Below, one piece after another: positions 38,521 through 49,739 of a stretch of 64,000 nucleotides of DNA (its first letter is position 1; every line of letters begins with the position of its first letter). The stretch comes from an uncultured Candidatus Poseidoniales archaeon (GTDB lineage Archaea > Thermoplasmatota > Poseidoniia > Poseidoniales > Thalassarchaeaceae): contig CAZNVK010000009.1 in NCBI GenBank assembly GCA_964576865.1, forward strand, positions 2,001 to 66,000, in the 5' to 3' direction. The position numbers and the translations under genes are program-made. The notes beneath the pieces are model-generated. The model did not search any database. It worked only from the letters and a program-made list of their open reading frames with translations, and was not told the origin of the DNA.

Positions 38521-39738
38521 ATGCGACACTTGCTCGCTACGACAATGATGCTGTTAATGATGACTGCGGCCCTTGCGGGCTGTGCGGGCGGCGAGGGCTT
38601 CACTCAGGAAGACATCGACGCTGCGCGTGAAGAAGGAAAGGCGGAAGGAATCGCCGAGGCGACACCAGTGAGCACGCTTGATACGATTATCGAGCGCGGT
38701 TCGATGAAGTGTGGTGTGAAGGAATCCCAGTACGGAATGGGATACCTTGACTCTGCGACAGGTGTACGCTCCGGATTGGATATCTCCTACTGCCGAGCGG
38801 TTGCTGCCGCTCTGGGGTTGAATCCTGACACGGATGTCGAGTACATTCCAGCGTCCGGATCAGACCGATTCGACAAGCTCGCCTCCGGTACGATCGACGT
38901 CCTGATCCGCACCACGACCTGGACCACCAGCCGTGATGCAGACCTGAACGCTGACTTCGCTGGAATGAACTTCTTCGACGGACAGGGTATCCTCGTTCGT
39001 GGAGACCGATATGAGCAGGCAGCATCCGAAAACTCTGCTGCAAACTTGAATGGAGCCAATATTTGTGTAGGAATCGGCACAACCACCGAGGGTAACATGC
39101 AAGACTGGTTCTCCTCAAGAGGAATCAGCTTCACATCTGTACCGGTTGCAGATGCTGCTGAGGCAACTGCAAAGTTCATCTCTGGCGAGTGCGATGCCTT
39201 CACTGGCGACATGTCCGCAATGGTCGCAAAGAAGTGGCAGCTCGACAGTGATGGATCTGTCACCAACGATGAAGGCGCAGTCGACATCTGGATTGCTCAG
39301 GAACTCATGTCCAAGGAGCCTCTCGGCGCTGCAACTCGTGACATGGACTCCGACTTCAAGGACGTCGTCGCATGGGTCTGGTACGGAATGGTCACAGCTG
39401 AGGAAATGGGAGTTACGGCAGCAAACGCAGCAGACTCCGCCGCAGACGCGTGCGCTTTGAACACTGCTGGCTCCGCAAACGACCCAGGGATGTGCCGCCT
39501 CTTGACCGAGAACCTTGGTCTTGGTACATCGGACAACCCGCTGCCCGGTGATTGGATGCAGAGAGTTCTCTCCGCATCTGGTAACTACGGTGAGGCATAT
39601 GACGATGCATTCTGCGATGGCAGCTACGATGGTGTCAGCGGATCGGATGCAATGTCGGGATGTCTCATCTCGCGTGCAGGAACTCTGAACGCTCTCGTCT
39701 CCGAGGGTGGAATCCAGTACGCTCCAGCAATGCGCTGA
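38521..39738 (+). CDS. Amino-acid ABC transporter substrate-binding lipoprotein (AapJ/family-3 like)
   Basis: 405 aa. Lipobox LAGCAG. The SBP_bac_3-like core is GSMKCGVKESQYGMGY...GTIDVLIRTTTWT. Confidence 0.75.
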   Translation: MRHLLATTMMLLMMTAALAGCAGGEGFTQEDIDAAREEGKAEGIAEATPVSTLDTIIERGSMKCGVKESQYGMGYLDSATGVRSGLDISYCRAVAAALGLNPDTDVEYIPASGSDRFDKLASGTIDVLIRTTTWTTSRDADLNADFAGMNFFDGQGILVRGDRYEQAASENSAANLNGANICVGIGTTTEGNMQDWFSSRGISFTSVPVADAAEATAKFISGECDAFTGDMSAMVAKKWQLDSDGSVTNDEGAVDIWIAQELMSKEPLGAATRDMDSDFKDVVAWVWYGMVTAEEMGVTAANAADSAADACALNTAGSANDPGMCRLLTENLGLGTSDNPLPGDWMQRVLSASGNYGEAYDDAFCDGSYDGVSGSDAMSGCLISRAGTLNALVSEGGIQYAPAMR

Positions 39739-39774
39739 ATTGAATTAATGAAGAGTATTGTCTGAATTACGAAA

Positions 39775-39806
39775 GCCCCTGAGGGGGGGTAAACTCCCTC
39801 AGGGGC
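39775..39806 (+). promoter_or_regulatory. Intra-operon 11-bp GC hairpin between the binding-protein and permease genes
   Basis: GCCCCTGAGGG (39775-39785) pairs with CCCTCAGGGGC (39796-39806), with a 10-nt loop. Confidence 0.5.
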
Positions 39807-39842
39807 CCATTCTCAAACTTCATCTTACGTCAGGTGCTCCCC

Positions 39843-42005
39843 ATGGAATCCTCGGGAAATAATATTCTGGATGATTTGGTTTCATTCCGCGCCCCAACAG
39901 ATAATGAGGGCAGAATTCGTCTCGCGCTCAGGATGATTCTGTTTGTAGCCAGCCTCGTTTTCATTTACATGTACTCGAAAAAGTTCCTGACGATGTGTGT
40001 GGATTACATCTCTCAAATGGCGAGGGACATCGAAATTTCAGGGGTCCAGATGAACCCCTCTCACATGCCGATGGATAAACTGACCCTTATCGTAGGCGGA
40101 ATGACTCTAGTCGCATACCTTCTGGTTCAGAATGACTTTGCCCAAATATCGCGACATCTCAGATCTCAGGATAAAGAAGAATCCTTCAATTTTCAATGGA
40201 TCTCTCCGTCACTATTCGGAATTTTCATGTTCCTAATCGCATTCATTCTCGTTGCATACTTCTTCGAATTATCGCCGAGTAGCCAGATTCCATTCCTATT
40301 CATTGGGGGTGCCATTGTTTCAGGAATCATCCTCTTACAGAATAATTTGACAGACATATTCGACGGCTCTGCGTTCAAAACGACTGCAGGACAGATTCAG
40401 GCAGGAATCACATTAGGCTCGATTCTAATCTTCGCCGCACTCACGCTTAACATCAGCTTCCTGCCAATTCTATCGCAGAACATTCCTCAAGTTCTCTCCA
40501 TTTTCATAACCCTAACCGTCGGTGTTTGGATGATTATTCTCAGGCAGGAGAGGGACAAGCCTGGCATCCAAGAGAAGAGAACCGCCGCAATGGCATATCT
40601 CATCCTTCTCCCATTCCTGATGTATCTATTGCTTAGGGTATTCTATCTACAGAATGATCCGGATCCAGTGATGGCGAATCGCTGGGAAGTGAAATTCGAT
40701 TTCATGGATAAGGTGAACACCTTCAAGATAAATCCGTGGCCAATGGAAGTCGAACCAAATGTAGATTCTCGTTGGTTATTCCTCAAAGCGGCCATCATCA
40801 ATTCCATTCGGGTGACTTTGGTGAGCATAGTACTGTGTACAATTCTTGGAACCATAGTTGGTGTCACACGATTGTCGTCGAACAAATTGGCAGCGTCGGT
40901 TGGAACCGTGTACGTAGAAGTATTCCGAAATCTTCCAGCAGCAGTGCTGCTCTTTCTCATCTCGACGCAAATCGGCTTCAAATTCCCATATTTCATCGAT
41001 GAGAAATCAATTCTCCCAATCGGTGATTCGATGGCGGCGATGTACTATAGCAATGAAGGAATTTGGTTCGTTACTGTATCCGATTATGCCCGTCTTCTCT
41101 TCGCGATAATCGGGCTAGCAATTCTACGAAGTGTGATGCGACATCGGTCGAGGGTGGAACCTCGGTTTATATCTAGACCTGATTCCACGTTAGGATTCCT
41201 GCGTAGACCTTTTTCATTCCTCGGATGGAGATTTGAACCCCTCGCTGCAGATTTATTCTTGATTGTTTCAAGTATTTTCTTCCTGATTCTGTTCATCCCC
41301 TTCATCACGACCCATGGAGGGGGTTGGAATGGGTTGATTGGCATATTCATACTACTCTACGCCCTCTATGTGACGACAAGCGTTGATGATGATGGGATGA
41401 ATTCCTTGGAAATTGATGACTCAGAGAAGGGTGTTCGGACGAGTTTCACAATATGGACGATGGCCTTCTCCTTCGCCGCTGGGATTACACTATCGGGTGG
41501 GCTTTCCTTCCCAGAATATACCAAGGATTGGAACAACGACGGCATCATCGACGCACCAGGGTCGTGGGATATTGTTGAGGGGACTGGATTTGAGATTACA
41601 CCGTTCTTCCTCGCCATGATCATCGGCTTGACTCTATTCACAGCAGCCGTTGTTGCAGAGATTGTACGCGGTAGTATCCAATCTCTTCCACGAGGTCAGG
41701 TAGAAGCAGCGATTTCTCTTTCATTGAACCCTTATCAGAGGCTTAGGTTGGTGATCCTACCGCAGGCCCTGCGCAGCATGGTTCCACTGCTGAATAATCA
41801 ATACATGAACGTCTGGAAGAATTCCAGCCTCGCGCTAATCGTCGCGTATACTGACATATTCTATGTCATTCTCGTCATGATGAACAATGTTGGAAAATTG
41901 ATTCCATTGTTCATTCTCCTTCTCATCACATACCAATTTGGTAGTTTGACAATTTCAGCTATCATGAATTGGTATAATTCCAGAGTTACGAGTGTGAAGA
42001 TATGA
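39843..42005 (+). CDS. Amino-acid ABC transporter permease (AapQ/HisM-type) with a large N-terminal membrane extension
   Basis: The C-terminal ~250 aa carry the family signature AAVVAEIVRGSIQSLPRGQVEAAISLSLNPYQRLRLVILPQALR. The ~450 aa upstream are additional TM helices. Confidence 0.75.
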   Translation: MESSGNNILDDLVSFRAPTDNEGRIRLALRMILFVASLVFIYMYSKKFLTMCVDYISQMARDIEISGVQMNPSHMPMDKLTLIVGGMTLVAYLLVQNDFAQISRHLRSQDKEESFNFQWISPSLFGIFMFLIAFILVAYFFELSPSSQIPFLFIGGAIVSGIILLQNNLTDIFDGSAFKTTAGQIQAGITLGSILIFAALTLNISFLPILSQNIPQVLSIFITLTVGVWMIILRQERDKPGIQEKRTAAMAYLILLPFLMYLLLRVFYLQNDPDPVMANRWEVKFDFMDKVNTFKINPWPMEVEPNVDSRWLFLKAAIINSIRVTLVSIVLCTILGTIVGVTRLSSNKLAASVGTVYVEVFRNLPAAVLLFLISTQIGFKFPYFIDEKSILPIGDSMAAMYYSNEGIWFVTVSDYARLLFAIIGLAILRSVMRHRSRVEPRFISRPDSTLGFLRRPFSFLGWRFEPLAADLFLIVSSIFFLILFIPFITTHGGGWNGLIGIFILLYALYVTTSVDDDGMNSLEIDDSEKGVRTSFTIWTMAFSFAAGITLSGGLSFPEYTKDWNNDGIIDAPGSWDIVEGTGFEITPFFLAMIIGLTLFTAAVVAEIVRGSIQSLPRGQVEAAISLSLNPYQRLRLVILPQALRSMVPLLNNQYMNVWKNSSLALIVAYTDIFYVILVMMNNVGKLIPLFILLLITYQFGSLTISAIMNWYNSRVTSVKI

Positions 42006-43612
42006 GTTCTCAAGGATTCGGTTTGCAGGCTTTCCTCGAACTCGAGGAGTCTATGGCTGGCAAACCAGGTTATTCTTTGGATGAGAATCGTTCTGTTCAG
42101 GTTACTGGCGCTACTGCAGTCTTTGCGGTGCTCTACGCAATACTAGGATCGGGAGGATTGCTTGAACTTCGCTCTGGGGCTATCGATGCTGGTGGTGGCG
42201 AACTAAACGCAAGCATTTACGCCGCTCTAGCGGGTCTATCGCTCGCATTCGCAATCTGGATATCGGTTACGATTTTAGCGAAGTTTACAGTAAAGAAGAC
42301 TTTGCTCACCGCAATCCTTGGTCTCATCAGCTCATGGTTAATTTTCATCGTGGTAGATGGCTTGAGCTACTTCGTTCTGGTCGAAGCAGAATGGGAGGTT
42401 GTTTGGGCCAATCGAGTCTTGGTAATCGTGGGACAACAAATGACAGAACAAATGACCCAAGCACCTGGCTCTGAATTCTGCATCTCGACATGTTATGGTT
42501 TGAACCAGAATTTCCGCCTATGGTGGATTCTTTACCCGACCTTTGGAGTCATCGCTGCTGCGTATGGAACGACAGCGGATCATCCAGCGAAATTCTTGAT
42601 TCCATTCACCATCGTCTGGGCATTCTTCGCACTTATCGCTGGGACTCCTACAGAGATCAACTATCACCGTATTGTGCCTCTGACCAACCTGTCAATCGCA
42701 CTGATAGTTGCCTTCCTCTGTTATGGCGGGTCCTATTGGTATTGCAGCAGATCTGAGGAGTACAAAGCAGTTCGACTGCGATCCTACATCACCATGGCAG
42801 CGGTCTTCACCTTCTTCTTCGCAATCGCAGTGATGGACCCGCCTCAGATAGTCAAAGATGCAGCAGTCTTCCTAGGAGCCACACCAGCTCAAGAGATGGT
42901 CAGTGGAACCCCGTCTTCTCTCGACAAATTGGCAGGAAACGGAATCGAAGCCTCCCAATGGGGTGGATTGTTCGTCAACTTGATTGTGGCGACCGCAGGA
43001 TGCGTTCTAGGCTTCGGCATTGGTGTCGTTCTAGCTTTCGGCAGACAGAGTTCACTTCCGTTCTTCAAGGTGCCATCGGTCCTCCTAATCGAATTGGTTC
43101 GCTCCGGACCGATGATCTGCTGGCTTTGGTTTGCGGTATTCTTGATGCCGGACTTGATCGATCCATTCTACGACACAGAGGATATCATGCGCATGCTTCT
43201 CATCTTCGGCTTGTTCGGAGGCTGTTACATCGCCGAGGTCATTCGAGGTGGCCTACAAGCGGTAGACAGTGGCCAGAAAGAAGCAGCGATGGCCCTCGGC
43301 CTTACATCCTTCCAAACCAAGATGACCGTCGAACTTCCTAACGCAGTACGAACAACACTACCATCCATTGTCAGCGTATTCATCGGACTGTGGAAAGACA
43401 CCACACTACTTTTCATCATCAACATCCTCGACTTCTTCAAACTGGCAAAGGATTTGCCGAATACCGATCTGCGCTTCCTCGGCGACTTCCTAGAGCCGCT
43501 ATACGTCACAGCCCTAGTGTTCTGGGCATTCGCATTCTATCTCTCAAGAGTCTCAATGAGGATTGAGAAGAGTCTTGGATTAGTCAAAGAAGGAGGAGGC
43601 GAATTAGCATGA
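42002..43612 (+). CDS. Amino-acid ABC transporter permease (AapM-type), extended
   Basis: 536 aa. Contains [42 protein letters not shown]. The start overlaps the previous stop. Confidence 0.75.
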   Translation: MSSQGFGLQAFLELEESMAGKPGYSLDENRSVQVTGATAVFAVLYAILGSGGLLELRSGAIDAGGGELNASIYAALAGLSLAFAIWISVTILAKFTVKKTLLTAILGLISSWLIFIVVDGLSYFVLVEAEWEVVWANRVLVIVGQQMTEQMTQAPGSEFCISTCYGLNQNFRLWWILYPTFGVIAAAYGTTADHPAKFLIPFTIVWAFFALIAGTPTEINYHRIVPLTNLSIALIVAFLCYGGSYWYCSRSEEYKAVRLRSYITMAAVFTFFFAIAVMDPPQIVKDAAVFLGATPAQEMVSGTPSSLDKLAGNGIEASQWGGLFVNLIVATAGCVLGFGIGVVLAFGRQSSLPFFKVPSVLLIELVRSGPMICWLWFAVFLMPDLIDPFYDTEDIMRMLLIFGLFGGCYIAEVIRGGLQAVDSGQKEAAMALGLTSFQTKMTVELPNAVRTTLPSIVSVFIGLWKDTTLLFIINILDFFKLAKDLPNTDLRFLGDFLEPLYVTALVFWAFAFYLSRVSMRIEKSLGLVKEGGGELA

Positions 43613-44361
43613 GTACGAAGAGTGATGAGGTAATCATAGAAACTAGAGGAGTCAGAGTGAACTTCGGGGATTTCTGGGCATTGAAAGGAATTGACATGAC
43701 CATTCGACGTGGAGAAATCGTCGTTGTTCTCGGTCCATCAGGGTCGGGTAAGTCGACATTCATTCGCACTCTAAACCGTCTACAACCTCACAGTGCAGGA
43801 ACGATTGAAATTGATGGAATAACAGTGGATGAGGATACTTCAGTCGCAGATTTGAAATTCATCAGATCCGAAATTGGCTTCGTCTTCCAGCAATTCAATC
43901 TCTTTCCACACCTGACCATCATGGAGAATATCACCCTTGCTCCGATGAAGGTCAAGGGCATGTCGAAGAGAGCTGCTGAAGCAAAGGCGATGGAGTTGCT
44001 CGAGAGAGTCGGAATCCCAGAGCAGGCGTTCAAGTATCCGAGCGGGCTATCGGGAGGTCAACAGCAACGTGTCGCAATCGCCCGAGCGCTAGCGATGGAC
44101 CCGAAGATTATGCTCTTCGATGAACCGACATCGGCGCTCGACCCTGAGATGATCAAGGAGGTTCTCGATGTGATGGTCGACCTGGCAAAGCGAGACATCA
44201 CGATGATTGTCGTCACTCACGAAATGGGCTTCGCAAAGGAGGTCGGCGACCGCTGTATCCTATTCGACGAGGGTCATTTGATTGAGGAAGCACCACCTGA
44301 GCAATTCTTCTCGAATCCTGAGCACGAGCGAACCAAACTCTTCCTTGAACAGATTCTCTGA
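43609..44361 (+). CDS. Amino-acid ABC transporter ATP-binding protein (GlnQ/AapP-like)
   Basis: 250 aa. Walker [10 protein letters not shown], signature [15 protein letters not shown], Walker [13 protein letters not shown]. Confidence 0.9.
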   Translation: MSTKSDEVIIETRGVRVNFGDFWALKGIDMTIRRGEIVVVLGPSGSGKSTFIRTLNRLQPHSAGTIEIDGITVDEDTSVADLKFIRSEIGFVFQQFNLFPHLTIMENITLAPMKVKGMSKRAAEAKAMELLERVGIPEQAFKYPSGLSGGQQQRVAIARALAMDPKIMLFDEPTSALDPEMIKEVLDVMVDLAKRDITMIVVTHEMGFAKEVGDRCILFDEGHLIEEAPPEQFFSNPEHERTKLFLEQIL

Positions 44362-44440
44362 TTGAGTAACATTCCTCACAGGTGCTGAAATTCCCAATGC
44401 TGGGGTAACCACGATAACCTCGTGTTAGTCTCAAGAATCG

Positions 44441-45511
44441 ATGATAGAGGCCTTGACCCCATATCTAGACCGCATAGAAGAGGCAGGCACACTCGCGCAA
44501 TTAGGTGCAGGACTCACGGCAAGCCTGATCGCGACATTCATCTTTCGAGCACTGATCAATGGTCCGGTTTTACGTCGTATCGAGAAAAGCGAGAACCTCT
44601 ACGATGACCGAGTTTTCATACTTGCAACACCGATTCTGAACATTGGAATTTTACTGACCGGAATCTGGCTAACATTCCAATGGGCATACGAAGGTGGCTC
44701 CTTTGAACGCTCGGCTTTTGCCGGCGGTTCGATTGCGATACTCTTGGTTATGTTGGCACAATTCATGACGTCGCTGGTCGATGAATTTCTGCCACCAATT
44801 TTCGAGGAGATCGACGATAGGACTCACCTCGACCTCTCGACGATGCAGACGATTTCGGTCAGCGCAGCCAAAGTCATCGCCTGGCTCGTCGCAATCCTCC
44901 TCGCGATGGACCAAATGAACATCGATATCACACCCATCCTCGCATCAGCGACGATACTCACATTGGTTGTCGGCCTCGCCTTGCAAGAGACCGCAGGCAA
45001 TCTCGTCTCAGGGATGTTGATGCTCATCGACAAGCCTTTTGCCAAGGGTGACAAAGTCATTGTAAAGGGGGTGAAAGGCAAGGTTGTCGATGTAGGAATC
45101 ATGACGACCAAAATCCGCACAGGAAACGAGCGAATGGTCATCATACCGAACACTTCACTCTCTGGTGAATTGGTAGAGAATTACGCGCAGGGGAGCTCTC
45201 TGGATAACCCTGATTCGATGAACCTCAGATTCCGCGTTCAGACCACGCTGGACCAAGATCCGACCCTCGTCAAGAGTATCATGTTGAAGGCCATCACCGA
45301 TTGTGAATATACTGTGGATTACCATAAAACAGAGGTTTTGCTCTACGATATTTCAGAAACAGCACTGGTCTTCCGCCTGGATTGCTGGGTGAAGAATTAC
45401 AATCAAGAGCGCAAGGCAAAGGACTGGATACTCATCGAGATCCTCAAGCAATTCAAGGCTCAGGACATTTCGGTACCCTACCCTCATCTGACCGTGAAAA
45501 ATGCAGAATGA
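44441..45511 (+). CDS. Small-conductance mechanosensitive channel (MscS family)
   Basis: 356 aa. Contains LALQETAGNLVSGMLMLIDKPFAKGDKV...IIPNTSL. Confidence 0.85.
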   Translation: MIEALTPYLDRIEEAGTLAQLGAGLTASLIATFIFRALINGPVLRRIEKSENLYDDRVFILATPILNIGILLTGIWLTFQWAYEGGSFERSAFAGGSIAILLVMLAQFMTSLVDEFLPPIFEEIDDRTHLDLSTMQTISVSAAKVIAWLVAILLAMDQMNIDITPILASATILTLVVGLALQETAGNLVSGMLMLIDKPFAKGDKVIVKGVKGKVVDVGIMTTKIRTGNERMVIIPNTSLSGELVENYAQGSSLDNPDSMNLRFRVQTTLDQDPTLVKSIMLKAITDCEYTVDYHKTEVLLYDISETALVFRLDCWVKNYNQERKAKDWILIEILKQFKAQDISVPYPHLTVKNAE

Positions 45512-45522
45512 GTTGCTCGATC

Positions 45523-45927
45523 TCAACCGAGTTCCCCTAGAGCGGAGCGGAGTTCTTCAGTCAATGGCACCGAGCGCTCGTTTTCGAAATCGTAGAACAC
45601 GATGGTGCATTCACCCGTCGCACAAAGGTCTCCAGCCGAATCGCGTACAACATTCTCCAACTTGAAACTCGAATTTCCGAGACTCGCCACCCGTGTGCCA
45701 ACGGTCACTGTATCCGGGTAGTGGATTGGCTTGTGGTAATCGACGCTCAGGTTTGCCAAAATCGGGCCGTGAGTCTGCGAATGGGCCGTCCTCAATTTAC
45801 TCATCTGAAACAGGTCGACGCGCACGGTCTCCATCCAACGAAGATGGCGTGTGTTATTCACATGCCCCAGCGCGTCCATATCGCCCCAATGAACTACGAA
45901 TTCGCGCACGACCGGGAAGCCTTCCAT
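45523..45927 (-). CDS. Acyl-CoA thioesterase, 4HBT/YbgC-like hotdog fold
   Basis: 134 aa. Contains VHWGDMDALGHVNNTRHLRWME. Confidence 0.75.
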   Translation of the reverse strand: MEGFPVVREFVVHWGDMDALGHVNNTRHLRWMETVRVDLFQMSKLRTAHSQTHGPILANLSVDYHKPIHYPDTVTVGTRVASLGNSSFKLENVVRDSAGDLCATGECTIVFYDFENERSVPLTEELRSALGELG

Positions 45928-46033
45928 GGGGCTGCGAGTAGTGCGGCAGGCTATGGAGTTCGTGGAGGGGTGTAGTTCATCTCAGCAGTCGACGAGGTGT
46001 CCACTGAACTCAATCGTCAAGCCAATGCGAGAC

Positions 46034-46915
46034 TCAGCCATCGACCCAATGGGCCACTCGGTCGAGCATTGTGCTTCGGAAGGTCAGCAATTGCAATTTT
46101 GGGCCCTCAATATCCACCGTGAGGGTCGAACCGCGGGTGAAGTGAGTCTCATCCCAACCATCGCTGACCACGTACCCGCGGTGCATATCGCTGACTAGAA
46201 CCGTCGGCTCGGCGGTCCAATCCCAGTACGAGCCGTCGTCGCGCCGGTGTGCCCGAGGCAAATCGCGCGCGACAAACAAGTAGTGGTCATCGACTTCGCC
46301 AATCGGGAAGGTCGTCCCCTCGATATTAGCGACATTCCTGAACCAAGCGCCCTGCCCAAGGAATGTCGAAAAAAGCAAGCCAGACGAATACTGCCTACAA
46401 TCCACTGAATCACGCCGCGACAAATGATACTTCGATGGCTGGTACTGGTGAGTATTCGCAATCAGCAAATCATTCAACGCAGGATCGCACCGAATACGAT
46501 TCCCACTAGTCGTCACAATCTCAGCCTGCAATCGCGGCAAATGGTTGACGATCGCCTCCCCGGCGATCGCGGCGCGCACATCCGCGCCGAAATTATCAGG
46601 ATCACTCCCCATGTAGAATCCGTAGGACCCGTCACCGTCCGTCTCACGAGGGTGAGAATTAACCCCCATAACCAGCGTTTTCGAATCAACCGAGTGAGCG
46701 ATCGAGGTCAGCGTCCCATCCCCACCGAGAACGATGATCAAATCCCGGTCGATGAAATCCGCGCGCCGAACCGTCTCACGCGCGGAGTAATCAACCCCCA
46801 GACCGCGTTCAGCAACCAGCGAATCGAGCTCGGTCCTAACAACGTCTAGCGCCCTATCGTGGACCGCCTCGAAATTCTTCTTGTAGACCACCAACACGTC
46901 CTGAACCACAAGCAC
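46034..46915 (-). CDS. NAD(+) kinase-like protein
   Basis: 293 aa. Contains DLIIVLGGDGTLTS, ALNDLLI and SSGLLFSTFLGQGAW, which correspond to NADK motifs. Confidence 0.6.
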   Translation of the reverse strand: MLVVQDVLVVYKKNFEAVHDRALDVVRTELDSLVAERGLGVDYSARETVRRADFIDRDLIIVLGGDGTLTSIAHSVDSKTLVMGVNSHPRETDGDGSYGFYMGSDPDNFGADVRAAIAGEAIVNHLPRLQAEIVTTSGNRIRCDPALNDLLIANTHQYQPSKYHLSRRDSVDCRQYSSGLLFSTFLGQGAWFRNVANIEGTTFPIGEVDDHYLFVARDLPRAHRRDDGSYWDWTAEPTVLVSDMHRGYVVSDGWDETHFTRGSTLTVDIEGPKLQLLTFRSTMLDRVAHWVDG

Positions 46916-47060
46916 ACCCCCGTTCTCAGCCGACGCGTCAAGCCCGTTCCATATAGCAACGACGCAGGCGGGAGACCCGCGAAAATGGCGATTGAAGCGG
47001 GGGCTGACGGCGACACCTGAAGCATAGTCTCATCAGCGAGAGGTGTCGCCATCAGAGGCG

Positions 47061-48131
47061 ATGAGAGCAGCGCTATTGGGCCTGATTCTACTCGCGCCTG
47101 CACTCGCAGGTTGCCTTGAGGTGCCGCTTGACCCCTGCGAGGGCACCGAGTGCTTCCCATTCGATAGCGAGGTGCTGAACGAGTTGCTTTCGGACCCGGA
47201 AGCACTCGACGTTCTGCTGTTAGCTACTCATAATTCCAAATTACGTGTCGAGTCTTCGACGACCTATGCGACGGAGACCCAGCAAGGTGAGATCCACTGG
47301 AGTGTTGCCAAAGACGACGAAGCAGGGCTTCGTTCGATAGCCATGCGATTCGCCCTCGGGATGACTTCGATCGATACCGAGGTCATCGAGGGCGGCGAAA
47401 CGACGAATATCAGGCTCGGGAACGTCTGGTACGAAGGGCGAGATGCCGTTCCCGAATACAAGGATCCATTCCACGATATCGCCCAGCAGGCGACGGAGAA
47501 TCCAGAGGGCTTGTGGCCGACCTTTGGATTCGATACAACGGCGATTTCGGCGCTCGACTGGACGATTACTCACGATCTCGAATCTCTCGAGCAAATTGCA
47601 ACAGGACGTAATGCGACTCATTCGATCGTTCTCGTCCTCAAGGGGATGCCGCCAGCAGTCGTCGGTGTCGAACTCTACGGCGACGACGACTCCGCCTTCG
47701 TTATGAGCATCAGCAGTGGTGATGCGGTCACGCTCGAGTTACAGTCCGACCTGCCGCGTACACCGATTGAATTCGTCGTAGGTGAAGCGGTGGATTTGTC
47801 TGATGGCATCACCGTTTGGGGTGGCGCAGTGCCGAGCGGATTCACCTCCGAGGTCGACCCTGCCGAGATTGAAGTCCACGCGCGCGAAGCCGGTGAAGAC
47901 GCTGGCGGCGAGAGTCTTGCGTCGATGAATATCGCCGATGGACACACCAATGTCTCCGATTCAGCGGACGATTGGTGGACTTTCACATGGATGGATTACG
48001 ATGCAGATGGTTGGTTCTCAGCCGGAGACCTCTATGAAATTCGTACAAATTCAACCGCAGAGGTCGAGATTGCTGTTTTCGACCTTTGGGCGGATAGTTG
48101 GACCGGCGATAGGTCACTTCCGAACGCCTGA
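47061..48131 (+). CDS. Hypothetical secreted lipoprotein
   Basis: ATG 47061 gives MRAALLGLILLAPALAGC (lipobox). The mature part is acidic. No family recognised. Confidence 0.55.
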   Translation: MRAALLGLILLAPALAGCLEVPLDPCEGTECFPFDSEVLNELLSDPEALDVLLLATHNSKLRVESSTTYATETQQGEIHWSVAKDDEAGLRSIAMRFALGMTSIDTEVIEGGETTNIRLGNVWYEGRDAVPEYKDPFHDIAQQATENPEGLWPTFGFDTTAISALDWTITHDLESLEQIATGRNATHSIVLVLKGMPPAVVGVELYGDDDSAFVMSISSGDAVTLELQSDLPRTPIEFVVGEAVDLSDGITVWGGAVPSGFTSEVDPAEIEVHAREAGEDAGGESLASMNIADGHTNVSDSADDWWTFTWMDYDADGWFSAGDLYEIRTNSTAEVEIAVFDLWADSWTGDRSLPNA

Positions 48132-48185
48132 ATCCGACCGTCGCCTGCTAAGGGTTGAAGACAGTCGGAGTAAATCTCCTCTCCG

Positions 48186-49631
48186 ATGGCCGAGTTCTCC
48201 GAGGACGAGCCGCTGGAAGAAAGATTGAACAGATTGCTGAAGAAAATCGATGATTTTTCTCACGAGGCGTCAAAGGTCGCCAGCAGTCGAGCCTCGAAGA
48301 TGGCGAATAAATTCTCCTCAAAGATGGAAGAAGTCGGCGAGGACCTGAGAACTCGCACCGACGAACTCCAAACAAGTGCTAAGGAGAAGAAAGCCAGAAT
48401 GGCTGAGTCGGTCAAGGAATCGACAGCAAGCGTGCGCGAACGGGCGAGTGAATTTCGCCCCGGAGAGGTGCGGGTAGTTCGCGATACCGCCCCGCCAATC
48501 GTCGGCCAAGCCACAAGCCACGGTCAGGGTGTAGTCGAGCCAGTCCCTACGGGCTTAGTAATCTGGGAAGAGCCCAAGGTCGGAGTACTGAGCAAAATTT
48601 CGACCGCGATTCTCAACCATATGCAATACACCATGCCAGCCGTCATATTGTTCAGCACAATCATCTGGATCGGCTATTTTGTCGAGGGGACACTCGCTGC
48701 CACATTCCTCGATGGACTAACCTCGATGACCGGAATTTCCGAGACAGCATTCGCACTGCTCTTCTTCTGGGGCGCGATTCCCGGACGAATCATCTCCTAT
48801 CCGTTACATTCGACATCATCAGCTGAATTGGTCGCGGCGATGGATTTGGTCAGTTTCCTCCTCCTCATCGCCGCAATTGGATTCTTCACACGAGTGCGCC
48901 TAGCTTCTCCATTAGCCATCAGCTCGCTCGTAATAGCTCTCGTCGCACGCTTGGTAATCCCCTTCCAATCCGGCGCGCAACTCGTCGATTTCGCAATCTT
49001 TGAGTCGCTTACAGTTATCCTCTTCACGGGATTATTCTGCTTCCTTCTAACCTTGCCTAAATTCAAGCCGAAGCCGAGCGAACAAGGCTCAGTCGGCTTC
49101 GATATCGACCCCGAGATTCTACAACCAGAATCCTCGGAGACGGGCGAACCCTCAAAGCAGACGATGGAATTCTTGTGGTTCGATTCGGATATGACGGACC
49201 CCACAGAAACCCTACCACGACCGAAGAGGCCACGCGGACGATCGGAGTATGAGATGTACGAGTGGGTGCTGTTGCTCGTCAATCTGGTGCTGTGGCCAAT
49301 CTCGATTCTTTCGACGATGGTCGTTGGGGCAAGCACGGAATTCATGGGAATGGGTCCGTTCAACTTTGACGAAAACTGGCTCCTTCTAGTCGGCGCCTGG
49401 GCCCCAACCGCCTTCTTCTTCTTCCTGCTCTACAAGATGGACGCCGCCGCTCGCGACGGACAGACCTACCACATGGAGAAGGTCGCTTACCAGGAAGCGA
49501 TGACTCGATACACCGAGGCGAAGAATGCCTATCTTGAGCTGTTGACTTTGCAAGCCGAGGTTCGCAAGCAAGAGATTATCGAGGAGAATTCGAACCTCGA
49601 CCTCTCTTCCGCAGCGCCAACCGCCGAATGA
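48186..49631 (+). CDS. Hypothetical membrane protein with a charged helical N-terminus and a C-terminal coiled region
   Basis: 481 aa. The N-terminal ~110 aa are K/E/S-rich. About 7 TM helices follow. No family recognised. Confidence 0.5.
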   Translation: MAEFSEDEPLEERLNRLLKKIDDFSHEASKVASSRASKMANKFSSKMEEVGEDLRTRTDELQTSAKEKKARMAESVKESTASVRERASEFRPGEVRVVRDTAPPIVGQATSHGQGVVEPVPTGLVIWEEPKVGVLSKISTAILNHMQYTMPAVILFSTIIWIGYFVEGTLAATFLDGLTSMTGISETAFALLFFWGAIPGRIISYPLHSTSSAELVAAMDLVSFLLLIAAIGFFTRVRLASPLAISSLVIALVARLVIPFQSGAQLVDFAIFESLTVILFTGLFCFLLTLPKFKPKPSEQGSVGFDIDPEILQPESSETGEPSKQTMEFLWFDSDMTDPTETLPRPKRPRGRSEYEMYEWVLLLVNLVLWPISILSTMVVGASTEFMGMGPFNFDENWLLLVGAWAPTAFFFFLLYKMDAAARDGQTYHMEKVAYQEAMTRYTEAKNAYLELLTLQAEVRKQEIIEENSNLDLSSAAPTAE

Positions 49632-49739
49632 GACCTCGGTGAATCGCCCTTTCGCGCCACGAGGCGCGTGCCGACGCTCAACCATACACTTCACTAGCAT
49701 AGGTGAGATTCAAGCGCCGTCCAATCCACAGTCGGCCTC

